Source of the DNA: Candidatus Iainarchaeum sp.
Lineage (GTDB): Archaea; Iainarchaeota; Iainarchaeia; Iainarchaeales; GCA-2688035
Assembly (NCBI GenBank): GCA_017610205.1
Contig: JAFCCL010000001.1
Coordinates: 58,805-122,804, forward strand
Direction of reading: 5' to 3'
Length of the DNA: 64,000 nucleotides
Position numbers and translations under genes: made by a program. The notes beneath the pieces are model-generated. The model was not told the DNA's origin and ran no database searches. It worked only from the letters and a program-made list of their open reading frames with translations. Positions 8,532 to 19,186 of this stretch are shown in pieces. The number at the start of each line of letters is the position of its first letter. Within the stretch, counting starts at the first letter, position 1.

Positions 8532-10232
8532 ATGTTTTGGAAAAAAATGATATGTTTGGGGGAAAAACATCTGCCCCTTCTATTAATACTCCTTTTCGCA
8601 GTTTTTCTCCAGTCAATATGGCTTTCGGCTGATCCGCCTTCGGAAATAAGCTGGAGCAATGGAATATTTACTGATCCTGGTATAAGAGCAACTGAAGCCA
8701 GAAACATTATTCTTTTTGGGTCCAACTATCCGCTTGGTAACCAGGAGATTCCTTACTTTATGAGCCCTTTGCTCACTTCAACTTTAATCCCTTGGTTTAG
8801 TGTTTTTGGAATAGGTTATGCTCAGCTAAGGGTGCTTTCAATTCTCTTCTATCTCTTTTCAGTAATTGCACTATACGTTTTGTCAAAAGAAGTGGCATCA
8901 AGACAAACAGCAACCATTGCCGTTTTTCTGTTTGCGTTCTCCTTTCCAGTAATAATGTATGGCAAATACGGTCTTCTTGAAGTGTTTGCAATGCCTTTTC
9001 TTATTCTTTCCATGTTATTTGCTGTAAAAAGTATAACTTTTGTAAAAGATAAATCTCTTCAGATTATTGCCTGTCAAAAGTCTGGAAAAGAATTTGCCTT
9101 AAAGATACTCTCCCTGTTGTTTTTTTTCATGGCATTTTTGTTCAAGCCAACTTCTCTTGTTTTACTACCTGTACTTGGATTACTTTTTTTGGTGGGCAAA
9201 GACTGTTTTTTATCCAAAAAAAAATTGCCAAGTGCAATAGTACTTATGGCATTATTAGTTACATTCCTTTCCTTAACTTTTTTCTTTGACCCGCGATTTT
9301 TTGACATTTCAGGTTCGCAGGTACCAGCGGCGTTTGGTGCAAGTGCAATAATGATTGTGCGCAATATACTGTTAATGTTTGCAAATAATTTGTTTGCACA
9401 AACAGCAGTAATTTTCTCACTAGCACTTGTGGCTTCCCTCTTTGCAGTATTCAGACTTGCCAAGCACGGTTTCATAAAAATTACTCCAAAAACCGCTATC
9501 TTTATGTGGTTCTTTTTCAGCACTCTTGGTTTATCATTACTTTCATACCAACCACCGAGATATTTTCTCATAATTCTTCCTCCAATGTGCTTTCTTGCCG
9601 CAGACGCAATCTCCCATTTTGCAACTAATATTCCAAACAAGACTTTCTTTTCAAAGAAAAACATGCTTTTTTTTATACCATGGCTTTTAGTAGCCAGTTT
9701 TTGGATTGCTGTTTCATCAAACAAATTCATTTTTGCAAAAGCCTTTGACCTATTGTTTTTCTTTCCTACAATTTTTATCATCTTTCTCATAACATCATAT
9801 CTAATTTGCCGTTTTCTCCTGTCCTTGTTGTCAAAAAGAAATGTAAGAAAAACGTTTGTGTTAGGTATATTCCTGCTATTTGTTTTGTCAAGTGTATTAC
9901 CGTTTGCGAATTGGGCAATGTCTCCAAATTATTCTCTTACGGAAACTGCAAACTATCTTGAAGCAGATGTAGGTCCTGAAGCGATTGTAATTGGGTTCTC
10001 TACAAACTGGCTTTGTATTGAAACAAGTCTAAAATGCATTCCGATGTTCAATACTTTTAACAACAAACAGCCTTTTGAAAGATTTAAACCAAGTCATTTA
10101 ATTATACAACCTGGTCTTGATGATGAACTTTTGGATGAAATTTATCCAAATGGCTGGAGGAGTCGGCTTGAATTCATAAAAAATTACTATGTTGGAAGAG
10201 ACGAACTTGGTTTATACAGATTAATTGGGTAA
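8532..10232 (+). CDS. GT-C fold membrane glycosyltransferase (PMT_2/ArnT-like)
   Basis: Many TM helices, N-terminal FTDPG loop, LFKPT, PPRYF, soluble C-terminal tail. Confidence 0.7.
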   Translation: MFWKKMICLGEKHLPLLLILLFAVFLQSIWLSADPPSEISWSNGIFTDPGIRATEARNIILFGSNYPLGNQEIPYFMSPLLTSTLIPWFSVFGIGYAQLRVLSILFYLFSVIALYVLSKEVASRQTATIAVFLFAFSFPVIMYGKYGLLEVFAMPFLILSMLFAVKSITFVKDKSLQIIACQKSGKEFALKILSLLFFFMAFLFKPTSLVLLPVLGLLFLVGKDCFLSKKKLPSAIVLMALLVTFLSLTFFFDPRFFDISGSQVPAAFGASAIMIVRNILLMFANNLFAQTAVIFSLALVASLFAVFRLAKHGFIKITPKTAIFMWFFFSTLGLSLLSYQPPRYFLIILPPMCFLAADAISHFATNIPNKTFFSKKNMLFFIPWLLVASFWIAVSSNKFIFAKAFDLLFFFPTIFIIFLITSYLICRFLLSLLSKRNVRKTFVLGIFLLFVLSSVLPFANWAMSPNYSLTETANYLEADVGPEAIVIGFSTNWLCIETSLKCIPMFNTFNNKQPFERFKPSHLIIQPGLDDELLDEIYPNGWRSRLEFIKNYYVGRDELGLYRLIG

Positions 10233-10243
10233 TGTAATTCTGG

Positions 10244-10305
10244 TAATCTGGCTTGGGAAAAATTGGTTTTGGAATAATCTGTTTTTAGGAAAATTGGTTC
10301 AGAAG
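10244..10305 (+). repeat. Degenerate 31-bp tandem duplication, intergenic
   Basis: taatctggcttgggaaaaattggttttggaa / taatctgtttttaggaaaattggttcagaag. Confidence 0.5.
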
Positions 10306-10360
10306 TAATACAATCTTCACATAATACCTTCTTTAAATCACTTTTTGTGTCATTTTTTTA

Positions 10361-11641
10361 ATGAATCAAAATACTGTTTGTATTGTTGGCTTGGGTTATG
10401 TTGGTTTTCCACTTGCCTGCCTTTGTGCAAAAAAGGGTTTTAAGGTAAGCGGGTTTGATTTGGATGCTGAAAAGGTTGATTTGATAAATAAAGGCAAATC
10501 TCCAATAAAAGACAGCTATGTTGAAGAAAATCTGGCTGCGGGGAAAATAAAGGCAACAACCGATGCAAAAACATCCCTTAATTTGGCAGATATTGCAATT
10601 GTGTGCGTTCCAACCCCTGCAATTGACAGCAAGCCAGATCTTAGCTTTGTTAAGGCTGCATGCAAAGAGCTTGCGCCCTTTGTTTCAAAAGGTGAGCTCG
10701 TAATAATTGAGTCAACAATTTATCCTGGCACTGTTGAAGAAATTGTATTGCCAATTCTTGAAAAGGGTTCAGGTCTTAAAGCAGGAAAGGACTTTTTTTT
10801 AGGCCACTGTCCTGAAAGAATTGACCCTGGTAACAAAAAATTTACTATTGAAAAAATTCCAAGAGTTCTTGCTTGTTTGAGTGCAAAAGGCAATGCAAAG
10901 GCAAAAAAATTTTACAATTCTTTAATTGATGCAGAAATAACTGTTTTGGCATCTGTAAAAAGCGCTGAAGCGGTGAAGGTTGTTGAAAACACGTTTCGTG
11001 ACATAAACATTGCGTATGTAAATGAGCTTGCAAAAAGCTTTGACAAGATGGGAATTGACTTAAGCGAGGTAATTAAGGGGGCTTCAACAAAGCCATTTGG
11101 CTTCATGCCGTTCTACCCAGGCCCTGGAGTTGGAGGTCATTGTATTGCTCAGGATCCCTACTATCTTATTGAGAGAGCCAGGCAAAGCGGTTTCAAGCAC
11201 AGTTTTTTGGCTCTTGCCAGAGAAATAAATAACAGCATGCCGTCCTACGTTGTTTTGCTTGTTGAAGGTCTTCTTCAGAAGGCAAAAATTGATTTGAAAA
11301 ATGCAAAAATTTCAGTGCTTGGTCTTTCCTATAAGCCTGAAATTGATGATGTTAGGGAAAGTCCTGCTTTGAAGATAGCTTCTCTTCTAAAGCCAAAAGT
11401 TGCAAAATTAACTTTGTTTGACCCGTTTGTTTTGGAAAAAAGCAATGTTTCCTCGCTTGATTTAGCCTTAAAGGACTGCGATTGTATTGTTCTCGCAACT
11501 AACCATCGGGTATTTCTTGAAAAGCTTTTGCCTTCTTTCCTGAAAAGCAAGAGCGTTAAAGCTGTTCTTGATGCAAGGAATGCTTTGGACAAGCAGGGAA
11601 TCGAAAGAGAAGGAATTCTGTACAAGGGTATTGGCAGGTAA
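10361..11641 (+). CDS. UDP-N-acetylhexosamine 6-dehydrogenase (WecC/WbpA-like)
   Basis: GLGYVG, CVPTP, ESTIYPGT, PERIDPG, ENTFRDINIA, GPGVGGHCI, DVRESP. Confidence 0.9.
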   Translation: MNQNTVCIVGLGYVGFPLACLCAKKGFKVSGFDLDAEKVDLINKGKSPIKDSYVEENLAAGKIKATTDAKTSLNLADIAIVCVPTPAIDSKPDLSFVKAACKELAPFVSKGELVIIESTIYPGTVEEIVLPILEKGSGLKAGKDFFLGHCPERIDPGNKKFTIEKIPRVLACLSAKGNAKAKKFYNSLIDAEITVLASVKSAEAVKVVENTFRDINIAYVNELAKSFDKMGIDLSEVIKGASTKPFGFMPFYPGPGVGGHCIAQDPYYLIERARQSGFKHSFLALAREINNSMPSYVVLLVEGLLQKAKIDLKNAKISVLGLSYKPEIDDVRESPALKIASLLKPKVAKLTLFDPFVLEKSNVSSLDLALKDCDCIVLATNHRVFLEKLLPSFLKSKSVKAVLDARNALDKQGIEREGILYKGIGR

Positions 11642-11653
11642 AGAGGTTTTTTT

Positions 11654-13081
11654 TTGAACTCTGTTGAAAAAGGAACAACTTATATTATTGCCTCAAGGTT
11701 TGTCTTTTTTTTAACAGGTTATATAATTTACTTTATTCTTGCCAGGTTTTTATTGACTCCTGAACAATTTGGAGTTTATGGTCTTATAATTGCGCTTTTC
11801 ACAACAGTAAACATGGTTTTGGTAACAACCTTGAACCAGGCTGTTTCAAAATTTGTTTCAGAAAAAGAACACCTTGCAGAAGTAATTAAAAGAAAGGCCT
11901 TAAAGTTGCAGATTGGTTTTAGCCTAATTATTTTTGCAGCTTATTTTGCACTGGCTCCGTTTATTGCATTTGCTTTAAATGACATGACTTTAGTGCCTTT
12001 AATTCAATTCAGCGGACTGCTTTTTATTTCCCATCCCCTTTTTTCAATTTTTGGCGGCTGTCTTACTGGGCTAAGGCAGTTCAAAGGCTTTGCATGGCTT
12101 GAAATAAGTTACAGCGTAATGAAAATGCTTTTGGTAATTGGATTTGTTTTGTTGGGCTTTGAAATTTTTGGCGCAATTGGTGGATTTGTAGCGGCTTCTT
12201 TCCTGGCTGTTGCAATTGGTTTTTTGCTTACTAAATCTAAAAAGTCTGCTGGAAGTTTTGATTCAAAAAAACTTATTTCTTTTGCTTGGCCTCTTCTTTT
12301 TCTTGCAATAATTCAAAGCCTTTTGCTTTACATTGACCTATTTGCAGTAAAATCCTGGAGTTATGTTAATGCAGACCTTTTGTCAGGTTATTATGTTGCA
12401 GCTCAAACAATTGCAAGGCTTCCCCAATTTCTTATTTTTGCAATTGTCTTTGTAATGTTTCCGTTAATTTCTTCAACAACCTTCAAAAAGCAGGACAAAA
12501 AAGCCAAATTTTACTTAAGCAATGCAATTAGATACACTGTCTTATTCATTGCGCCTGTAACTGTTATAATTGCTGCAAATTCTGGTCCAATTATTTCACT
12601 GCTTTATTCTGCAATTTATTTACCTGGAGCAAGCGCCCTTTCAATTCTTGCATTTAGTTCAGCATTCTATGCTTTGTTTTTAATTCTTACAACAGCAATT
12701 TCAAGCAGGGGGGAATCAAGGGTTTCAATGTACTGTGGCGGAATTGCTTTACTCTCGCTTTTTGTATCTTTGGCAATTTTGGTTCCATCTTATTCAATTG
12801 AGGGGGCTGCTATTGCTTCCTTAATTGCTTCCTTTATTGGAATGATTTTGGCAGCTGGTTATGTGCTATACAAGTTTGGTGTCTTAATTCCTGCAAAAAG
12901 TTTTGCAAAAATACTTGCTGCAAGTACAATAACTTTTTTCATTTCATTTGTAATGCCTGCAACCGGCTTTTTACTTATTGCAAAGCTTTTGTTCCTTTTG
13001 CTAATTTACTGCCTTGCATTGGTTGCATTAAGGGAACTTGACAAACGTGACTTTGCTGTTTTCTTAAAGATGCTTCGATAA
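11654..13081 (+). CDS. Oligosaccharide flippase (Wzx/MOP family)
   Basis: About 14 TM; ILARFLLTPEQFGVY, GYYVAAQ, GAAIASL. Confidence 0.85.
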   Translation: MNSVEKGTTYIIASRFVFFLTGYIIYFILARFLLTPEQFGVYGLIIALFTTVNMVLVTTLNQAVSKFVSEKEHLAEVIKRKALKLQIGFSLIIFAAYFALAPFIAFALNDMTLVPLIQFSGLLFISHPLFSIFGGCLTGLRQFKGFAWLEISYSVMKMLLVIGFVLLGFEIFGAIGGFVAASFLAVAIGFLLTKSKKSAGSFDSKKLISFAWPLLFLAIIQSLLLYIDLFAVKSWSYVNADLLSGYYVAAQTIARLPQFLIFAIVFVMFPLISSTTFKKQDKKAKFYLSNAIRYTVLFIAPVTVIIAANSGPIISLLYSAIYLPGASALSILAFSSAFYALFLILTTAISSRGESRVSMYCGGIALLSLFVSLAILVPSYSIEGAAIASLIASFIGMILAAGYVLYKFGVLIPAKSFAKILAASTITFFISFVMPATGFLLIAKLLFLLLIYCLALVALRELDKRDFAVFLKMLR

Positions 13082-13089
13082 AAAAAAGA

Positions 13090-14811
13090 TTATTTTTTAT
13101 CCACTATAAAGTTTCCTAAAACAAGTACGTCTACTGCACCATTTTTGAATGAGCGAATTGCATCATCTGGTGTGCAAACAATTGGTTCTTCATGTGCATT
13201 AAATGACGTGTTAATAAAAAGAGGCAAGCCAGTAATGTCCTTGTATGCTTTTAGGACTTTGTGATAACGTGGGTTTGCTCTTGTGTCAACTACCTGTGGC
13301 CTTGCGGTGTCGTCCACGTGAACTACGGCTGGTGCAAGTTTTGCTTTTGCTTCTGGAACATCAAATGTTATTGTCATAAATCTTGCAGCATAAGCGCTTT
13401 GTTCATAATTTTTGTAAAATGCTTTTGCATCAGTGTCAAGTATTGATGGGGCAAATGGCATGAATTCTGTTCTATGAAGTCTTTTGTTAAGCCAGTTGTT
13501 TATGTTTTTGTCTGTTGGGTCTGCAATAATGCTCCTGTTTCCAAGAGCTCGTGGCCCATACTCCATTCTTCCCTGGAAATGTCCTACAATCTTTTTTTCT
13601 GAAATGGCTTGTGCTGTTTCTGTCTCAATGTCGTTTACTTCCCTTGCCTTAAGTTTGTGCTTTTCAAGAGCTTTGCTGATTTCTTCTTTGCTAAAGCCTG
13701 GTCCAAAGTAAATATTGTCAAGCTCTTTTGGCTTTAGAAAGCTTCCTTGGTTAAGTTTGTGTTCTGCAAAAAGATAAAGTGCTGCTCCAACTGCAAGCCC
13801 TCCGTCTCCCATGTGAGGGTGGACAAAGAAAGAATTTACTTTTGGACTTTCTGCAATTCTTTGATTGAGTTTTACGTTTGCAAAAACTCCTCCTGCTGTT
13901 ACAACATCGCGAATCCCTGTTTTTTCAACCCAGTAATCTACATATTTTACAAGATTTTCTTCCAAGTGGTCTTGAATTGAAGCCGCAAGGTTTTTGTTGT
14001 CAAAATTTCCAATACCCTCTTTTAGTTTAAGCTTTGCAGAATCATGTCTTGACTTGCTATAGTTCACAATTCTTCCATTGTTGTATCTTACAAGGCTGTT
14101 AAAATAATCAAGATAAGCTGGTTTTCCATAAGCAGCCAATCCAGTTATTTTTCCTTCGTGTTTGTTTGGAGTAAAGCCACATAATTCAGTAACGTAAGCG
14201 TAATATTTTCCAATTGAATTATAGCTTCCTAATCTAAACGCTGTTTTCATTTCGCCTTTTTCTCCAATGCATACAAGTGATGATATGCTGTCACCCGATG
14301 CGTCGTTTGTTACAATTGTTGCGTTTTCTTTTCCTGAGGTATAATATGCACCTGCAGCATGTGCAGTGTGATGGTCTACAAACTTTACAGGACATTCGAA
14401 TCCTATTTTTTTAATTTCTTTTTTGGTTCTTGTTCTCCTGCCTTTTGTACCTGCTTTTTCAATCGCTCTTTGGAAAGGAATCCATTTTTCAGAACTTAGG
14501 ATTGCTCCTGAAAATCCGCTTAGTTTTGAAACAAGTTTTTTTGTGCTTTTTCCTTCGACTAATGCAGATGCGTCTTTGTGGCTTACAATTTCGGGTTTTA
14601 ATGTGCCAAAAATGGTTGCAACTGCAACTATGTCAATATCTTTTGCTTCAATTTTTGCAATTTTTAAAACAGCCTGAATTGATTGTTTTGGAAAGCCCCA
14701 GCACATTTTTTCTCTGTTAATCCTTTCTTCGTTTACTGCCGCAATTATTTTGCCATCTTCAATTACTGCGGCTCCACAGTCATGTGAATCATGTATTCCA
14801 AGAATCTTCAT
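13090..14811 (-). CDS. O-carbamoyltransferase (NodU/CmcH/TobZ family)
   Basis: HDCGAA, EERINREK, HHTAHAA, EGKITGLAAYG, GGVFANV, MGDGG, EYGPRALGNRS, FMPFAP, NTSFNAHEEPIV. Confidence 0.93.
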   Translation of the reverse strand: MKILGIHDSHDCGAAVIEDGKIIAAVNEERINREKMCWGFPKQSIQAVLKIAKIEAKDIDIVAVATIFGTLKPEIVSHKDASALVEGKSTKKLVSKLSGFSGAILSSEKWIPFQRAIEKAGTKGRRTRTKKEIKKIGFECPVKFVDHHTAHAAGAYYTSGKENATIVTNDASGDSISSLVCIGEKGEMKTAFRLGSYNSIGKYYAYVTELCGFTPNKHEGKITGLAAYGKPAYLDYFNSLVRYNNGRIVNYSKSRHDSAKLKLKEGIGNFDNKNLAASIQDHLEENLVKYVDYWVEKTGIRDVVTAGGVFANVKLNQRIAESPKVNSFFVHPHMGDGGLAVGAALYLFAEHKLNQGSFLKPKELDNIYFGPGFSKEEISKALEKHKLKAREVNDIETETAQAISEKKIVGHFQGRMEYGPRALGNRSIIADPTDKNINNWLNKRLHRTEFMPFAPSILDTDAKAFYKNYEQSAYAARFMTITFDVPEAKAKLAPAVVHVDDTARPQVVDTRANPRYHKVLKAYKDITGLPLFINTSFNAHEEPIVCTPDDAIRSFKNGAVDVLVLGNFIVDKK

Positions 14812-14952
14812 AGTTTTTCACGCTTTTTCTTTCAAATAGTATAATGAATTACTAAAAGCAATAAAAACGTTAATGCTTTTAGTTTGCACTATTGTACCAA
14901 TGGAAAAAGCTTCTCTTAGTTGCATTGTTTTATTTGTTTGATTTTTTTTATC

Positions 14953-16479
14953 TTATTTTGCCTTGTTTTTCTTTTTTTCAACAACATTTTTTTGCATTTT
15001 AAGAAATCCTGAGAGTTGCAAAAGCCATTTCATATATTCGTGTTTTCTTTTGCTTTTTAGAATTATTTTTATATAACGCGGTGAAAGCATTGCTGAAAAG
15101 TTTTCCGCAAGCTTTTTTACATACTTTGGATTTTTCAAGGAAAGTCTGTGTACTGTTGGAAATTCCTCTGAGATTTCTTTCAGGAGCTTTTTTAGGTCAA
15201 GATTGTGTTTGGACAACTTGTATTTTGATTCAAGGAGTGAAATCCATGCGTCGTATGATGCCGGACTAGGTCCCAAAGTTTCATAATCTTTAAGTGGCAC
15301 ACCGCCCATTTTTTCATAAATGTCGTTTCCTGGATAAAGTGTTGTGACATTGAATATGCTTACTGTTGCGTCAATTCGCCTTGCAAGATCCAATGTCATT
15401 TCTACATCTTTTTCAGTTTCATCAGGTGTATTTATCATAAAATTTGCAAATGTTCTGATGCCGAGTTTTTTGCATATTCTGAACGCGTTTTCAATCTGTG
15501 GCACAGTAATTTCTTTTCTAAGTCTTACAAGGTTTTCAGGGCTTCCTGATTCAACACCAAAATCTATTTGAACACAGCCCCTGTCCTTCATTGTTTTCAT
15601 AAGGTCTTCGTATACAAGGTTGACTCTTGTTTCACAGCCCCAAATCATGTCAAGCTTTCTTTCCTTCATTTCCTTGCAGATTGTTTCAACATGTTTTCTG
15701 TTTACAGTAAATGTGTCATCATAAAAATACAAGCCGTCAATTTTGTATTTGTTTTTTAAAATTTCTATTTCGTCAACAACTTTTACTGGATCACGGTATC
15801 TTACTGTTCTTCCAAAAATATTTTTGTTTACACAGAATCTGCAAGCATAAGGGCAGCCTCTGCTTGTGAAAACATAGAATCCGGAAATTGGAATTCCCCT
15901 GATACAGTAAATTCCCGGTTTTGTATAATAGTCCATTGGAATTTTGTCAAATGCGGGCATTGGCATTTTTGAAAGGTCTTTAATCAAAGGCCTTGGCTCT
16001 GTTTTTACTATCTTGCCGTCTTTTCTAAGAAATGCAATTCCTTTAATTTTTTTAAAATCCTTTCCTGTTCCAATAGTTTTTGCAAGTTCAAGAATTGTGT
16101 TTTCTCCTTCGCCAATTACTGCAAAATCTATAGGGCTTTTTTTGTAAATTAAATCTGAAGGAATAAGCGTTGGATGTACTCCTCCTGCAAGAATTTTTAC
16201 ATCTGGTAATTCTTTTTTTATTTCTGCTGCAAGATGTCTGGTGTCAAGTACCTCTGGTGTAAGGCAGCTTAGTCCAATTATTTTTGGTTCAAGTTTTACA
16301 GTTTCCTTAATTACTTTTTTAGCCGCTTTTTCCTTGTTTCCAACTCCTTTAACGTCAACAATTTCGGTTGAAATATTGTTTTCTTCAAGAAAAGAAGCCA
16401 TATACATATAGGCAAGTGGCGGTCGCTGGCTCATTGATCTTGCAGGAGAACCTGCAAAAGCAACTTCTGGATTTTTCAT
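14953..16479 (-). CDS. Cobalamin-binding radical SAM protein
   Basis: GGVHPT, GEGE, TSRGCPYACRFC, YDDTF, GVESGS. Confidence 0.9.
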   Translation of the reverse strand: MKNPEVAFAGSPARSMSQRPPLAYMYMASFLEENNISTEIVDVKGVGNKEKAAKKVIKETVKLEPKIIGLSCLTPEVLDTRHLAAEIKKELPDVKILAGGVHPTLIPSDLIYKKSPIDFAVIGEGENTILELAKTIGTGKDFKKIKGIAFLRKDGKIVKTEPRPLIKDLSKMPMPAFDKIPMDYYTKPGIYCIRGIPISGFYVFTSRGCPYACRFCVNKNIFGRTVRYRDPVKVVDEIEILKNKYKIDGLYFYDDTFTVNRKHVETICKEMKERKLDMIWGCETRVNLVYEDLMKTMKDRGCVQIDFGVESGSPENLVRLRKEITVPQIENAFRICKKLGIRTFANFMINTPDETEKDVEMTLDLARRIDATVSIFNVTTLYPGNDIYEKMGGVPLKDYETLGPSPASYDAWISLLESKYKLSKHNLDLKKLLKEISEEFPTVHRLSLKNPKYVKKLAENFSAMLSPRYIKIILKSKRKHEYMKWLLQLSGFLKMQKNVVEKKKNKAK

Positions 16480-16596
16480 AGCACAATTGGTGTAAAAAAC
16501 TTATTAAAATCTTTCCAGTGGCTTTTTTTAATAGTACAATGTTCCAATTGAGCGAGCCGCAATGATTTAAATCCACTGCCATACTTTAATTATCAA

Positions 16597-17799
16597 ATGC
16601 CAAAGATTAAGACATTGCAGCCAGCAACCTCTTTTGTAAGATTTGATGGAGAGGATGGTTTTACAATAGAGTATGCAAAAAGGCTTGTTGCCAAAGGCAT
16701 TGCAGTTGATGCAGTTGCTCCGCATGATGTTGACACAAAGGGTTTTGAGGTAATTGACGGGGTGGCAATCCACAGGTTTAGTTACTTTTTTCCAAAGAGC
16801 CTGCAAAGGCTTGCATACCACGGCGGAGTAGCATTTAATCTTTCAAAAAGCACGCTTGCAAAATTCCAATTTCCTTTATTCATGTTTTCTTTTTTTCTTA
16901 AAACAGCGTGGAATGCAAAAGGCAAGGATATCATTCACGCACAGTGGGTTCCAAGTGGTCTTATTTCTGTTCTAATAAAAAAATTAACTGGCAAGCCGGT
17001 TGTCTTATGGGTTCATAGAATGAATTACGGCGGGCCATTTGTAAAATCTATGACGCGTTTTGTTCTTAGAAATTGTGATTTTGTACTATTCAATTCTTCT
17101 TACACTCTTAATAGGGCAAAAAGGCTCAGTAAAATGAAGGCTTTTGCAATTGTTCCGCCTGGTGTTGATGAAAATCTTTTCAAGCCAATCAAAAAAACAG
17201 GCATTCGGAAAAAAATCGGTGTTGGAACAAAAACAAAAATGGTTTTTGCTGTTGGAAGGTTTGTTGAAAAAAAGGGTTTTGCTTGCCTTATTAATGCAAT
17301 GGAGAAAGTTAAGGCAAGGGATGTTGTTTGTGTTATTGCAGGTGTTGGTCCTTTGGAGGGGTCGCTTAAGCAATTGGCAAAAGAGAAAGGCCTTGAGAAA
17401 AAAGTTCTTTTTCCTGGTTGGGTTAAAAACAGCGAGCTTCCTTTGTGGATGAATGAAGCCGATGTTGTTGTTGTGCCGTCAATTGTTGATTCGCGAGGCG
17501 ACACTGAAACTCTTGGAATTGTTGCAATAGAGGCAATTGCCTGTGGCAGCCCAATAATTGTTTCAAATGTTGGCGGGCTTGTAGATGTTGTAAAACACGG
17601 ATTTAATGGTTTTATTGCAAGGCAAAAGGATTCAAACGATCTTGCAAAGAAAATTAATCTTATTTTGCAAAGCAATTCTCTCAATAATAAAATGGCAAAA
17701 AATGCAAGAGAGCATGCTGAACAAAACTTTTCTTGGGCAAAAACAGTTGAAAAAACAATTGAAATTTACCAAAAAGTTCTTGAAAAAAAGCGCAACTGA
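16597..17799 (+). CDS. GT4 glycosyltransferase
   Basis: HAQW, VGRFVEKKG, ETLGIVAIEA, GGLVDVV. Confidence 0.9.
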   Translation: MPKIKTLQPATSFVRFDGEDGFTIEYAKRLVAKGIAVDAVAPHDVDTKGFEVIDGVAIHRFSYFFPKSLQRLAYHGGVAFNLSKSTLAKFQFPLFMFSFFLKTAWNAKGKDIIHAQWVPSGLISVLIKKLTGKPVVLWVHRMNYGGPFVKSMTRFVLRNCDFVLFNSSYTLNRAKRLSKMKAFAIVPPGVDENLFKPIKKTGIRKKIGVGTKTKMVFAVGRFVEKKGFACLINAMEKVKARDVVCVIAGVGPLEGSLKQLAKEKGLEKKVLFPGWVKNSELPLWMNEADVVVVPSIVDSRGDTETLGIVAIEAIACGSPIIVSNVGGLVDVVKHGFNGFIARQKDSNDLAKKINLILQSNSLNNKMAKNAREHAEQNFSWAKTVEKTIEIYQKVLEKKRN

Positions 17800-17939
17800 A
17801 ATAATTTTTTCCTGCAAACATTATTCTTTTTCTGTCTTTACGGTCTCTGTCTTGTTGAAGGCAGGAATCATTACAACAATCATTTTTTAATAAAGTTTTC
17901 GCAATAAGTTTTATAACTTTTTAGTTTGTTTGTGATACC

Positions 17940-19082
17940 ATGTTAAAATACGCGAAACGAATAAAAGTTTCAAGTGGTCTAAAGATTTTGAAGCATAATC
18001 CTGTCCATTTTTTAAGGATTCTTTTTTCTACAGTAAGGGTTCTAACACTGCCTGATTATAGGTTTTTAAATGGCTACAGCCTGCCACCGGAGAACTTGCT
18101 TTTTGAAATCACAAACAGATGCAACCTCCGTTGCAAAATGTGCTGGCTTTGGAGCAAACATGGTGTAGGCAAGGCCTTTTCATTGAAGAAAGAGCTATCG
18201 ACTTCTGAGATTAAAGGCATAATTGACGATGTCTCAAAGTTCAAGCCGATTATATACTTTATTGGCGGAGAACCTCTTGTTAGGAAGGATATGGTGGATA
18301 TCTTGGATTATACAAAGAAAAAGAAACTCATCTGCACTTTGACAACCAATGGGACTTTGATGGATAAGTCTCTGGCAAAGCGTGTAGTGGAGACAGGAGT
18401 GGATCTCATAACTTTTTCAATTGATGGAGACCAAGAAGCAAATGACAAAATAAGAGGAAAAGGAAATTTCAAGAAGGCTTTGAAAGGTTTGGAAAATGTT
18501 CTGGAGAGGAAAAGGGAATTGCCTATTGTGAGAATCAACATAACTGTCTCAGAAAACAACTATTACAAGCTCTCAGACATTGTCAAAAACTTGTTATCAA
18601 GAATAGACGCTAAGAAACTCGATGAACTGAAGATTCAGCAACTTTGGTTTACTGACAAGAAACACGCAGAGGCGCACAAAAAAGTGATAAAAAAGAACTT
18701 TGCTATAGAGACGGCGGGGATTGATGGATATATTTATGAAAACAAGATGGATTTGAAGGTATTGAAAAGAGAACTGGAAAAGTTGAAATGTTTGGGAAAC
18801 GCAAAAATAAAATTCCAACCAGACTATGACCCAGAAAAATACTACGACTTGTCTGTAGTCTTCAAGAAAAGATGCGTCAGACCCTGGATTTCGGCATCCA
18901 TTAAATCAAATGGTGACCTTATACTTTGTCCAGATTACTATCTGCCTGAGTACATACTAGGCAATCTAAAAGATATGTGTTTTGAAAAACTTTGGAACTC
19001 TGAAAAAGCCTTAAAGTTTAGAAGAATATTGAAGAAAAGAAAGATGTTTCCAGGGTGCAAAAGATGCTGCGGGGTATCTTAA
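17940..19082 (+). CDS. Radical SAM protein with SPASM/twitch domain
   Basis: CNLRCKMC, GGEPL, TTNGT, SIDG; C-terminal CVRPW...GDLILC...CKRCC. Confidence 0.88.
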   Translation: MLKYAKRIKVSSGLKILKHNPVHFLRILFSTVRVLTLPDYRFLNGYSLPPENLLFEITNRCNLRCKMCWLWSKHGVGKAFSLKKELSTSEIKGIIDDVSKFKPIIYFIGGEPLVRKDMVDILDYTKKKKLICTLTTNGTLMDKSLAKRVVETGVDLITFSIDGDQEANDKIRGKGNFKKALKGLENVLERKRELPIVRINITVSENNYYKLSDIVKNLLSRIDAKKLDELKIQQLWFTDKKHAEAHKKVIKKNFAIETAGIDGYIYENKMDLKVLKRELEKLKCLGNAKIKFQPDYDPEKYYDLSVVFKKRCVRPWISASIKSNGDLILCPDYYLPEYILGNLKDMCFEKLWNSEKALKFRRILKKRKMFPGCKRCCGVS

Positions 19083-19146
19083 AGTTTTATAATTCTTGAC
19101 AGGTATTTTGCTTTTATGTGCATAAGGGTATCTGGATAAATAAAGG

Positions 19147-19172
19147 TTCTTGCAGTAGGGGGGTTGCAAGAA
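19147..19172. terminator. Stem-loop between convergent genes (possible terminator)
   Basis: TTCTTGCA-(GTAGGGGGGT)-TGCAAGAA. Confidence 0.3.
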
Positions 19173-19186
19173 GAGTTTTCATATCT

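Noticed and set aside
17940-19082. Radical SAM gene appearing compositionally foreign
   Set aside because: Impression by eye only; it needs codon or k-mer statistics that cannot be run here.
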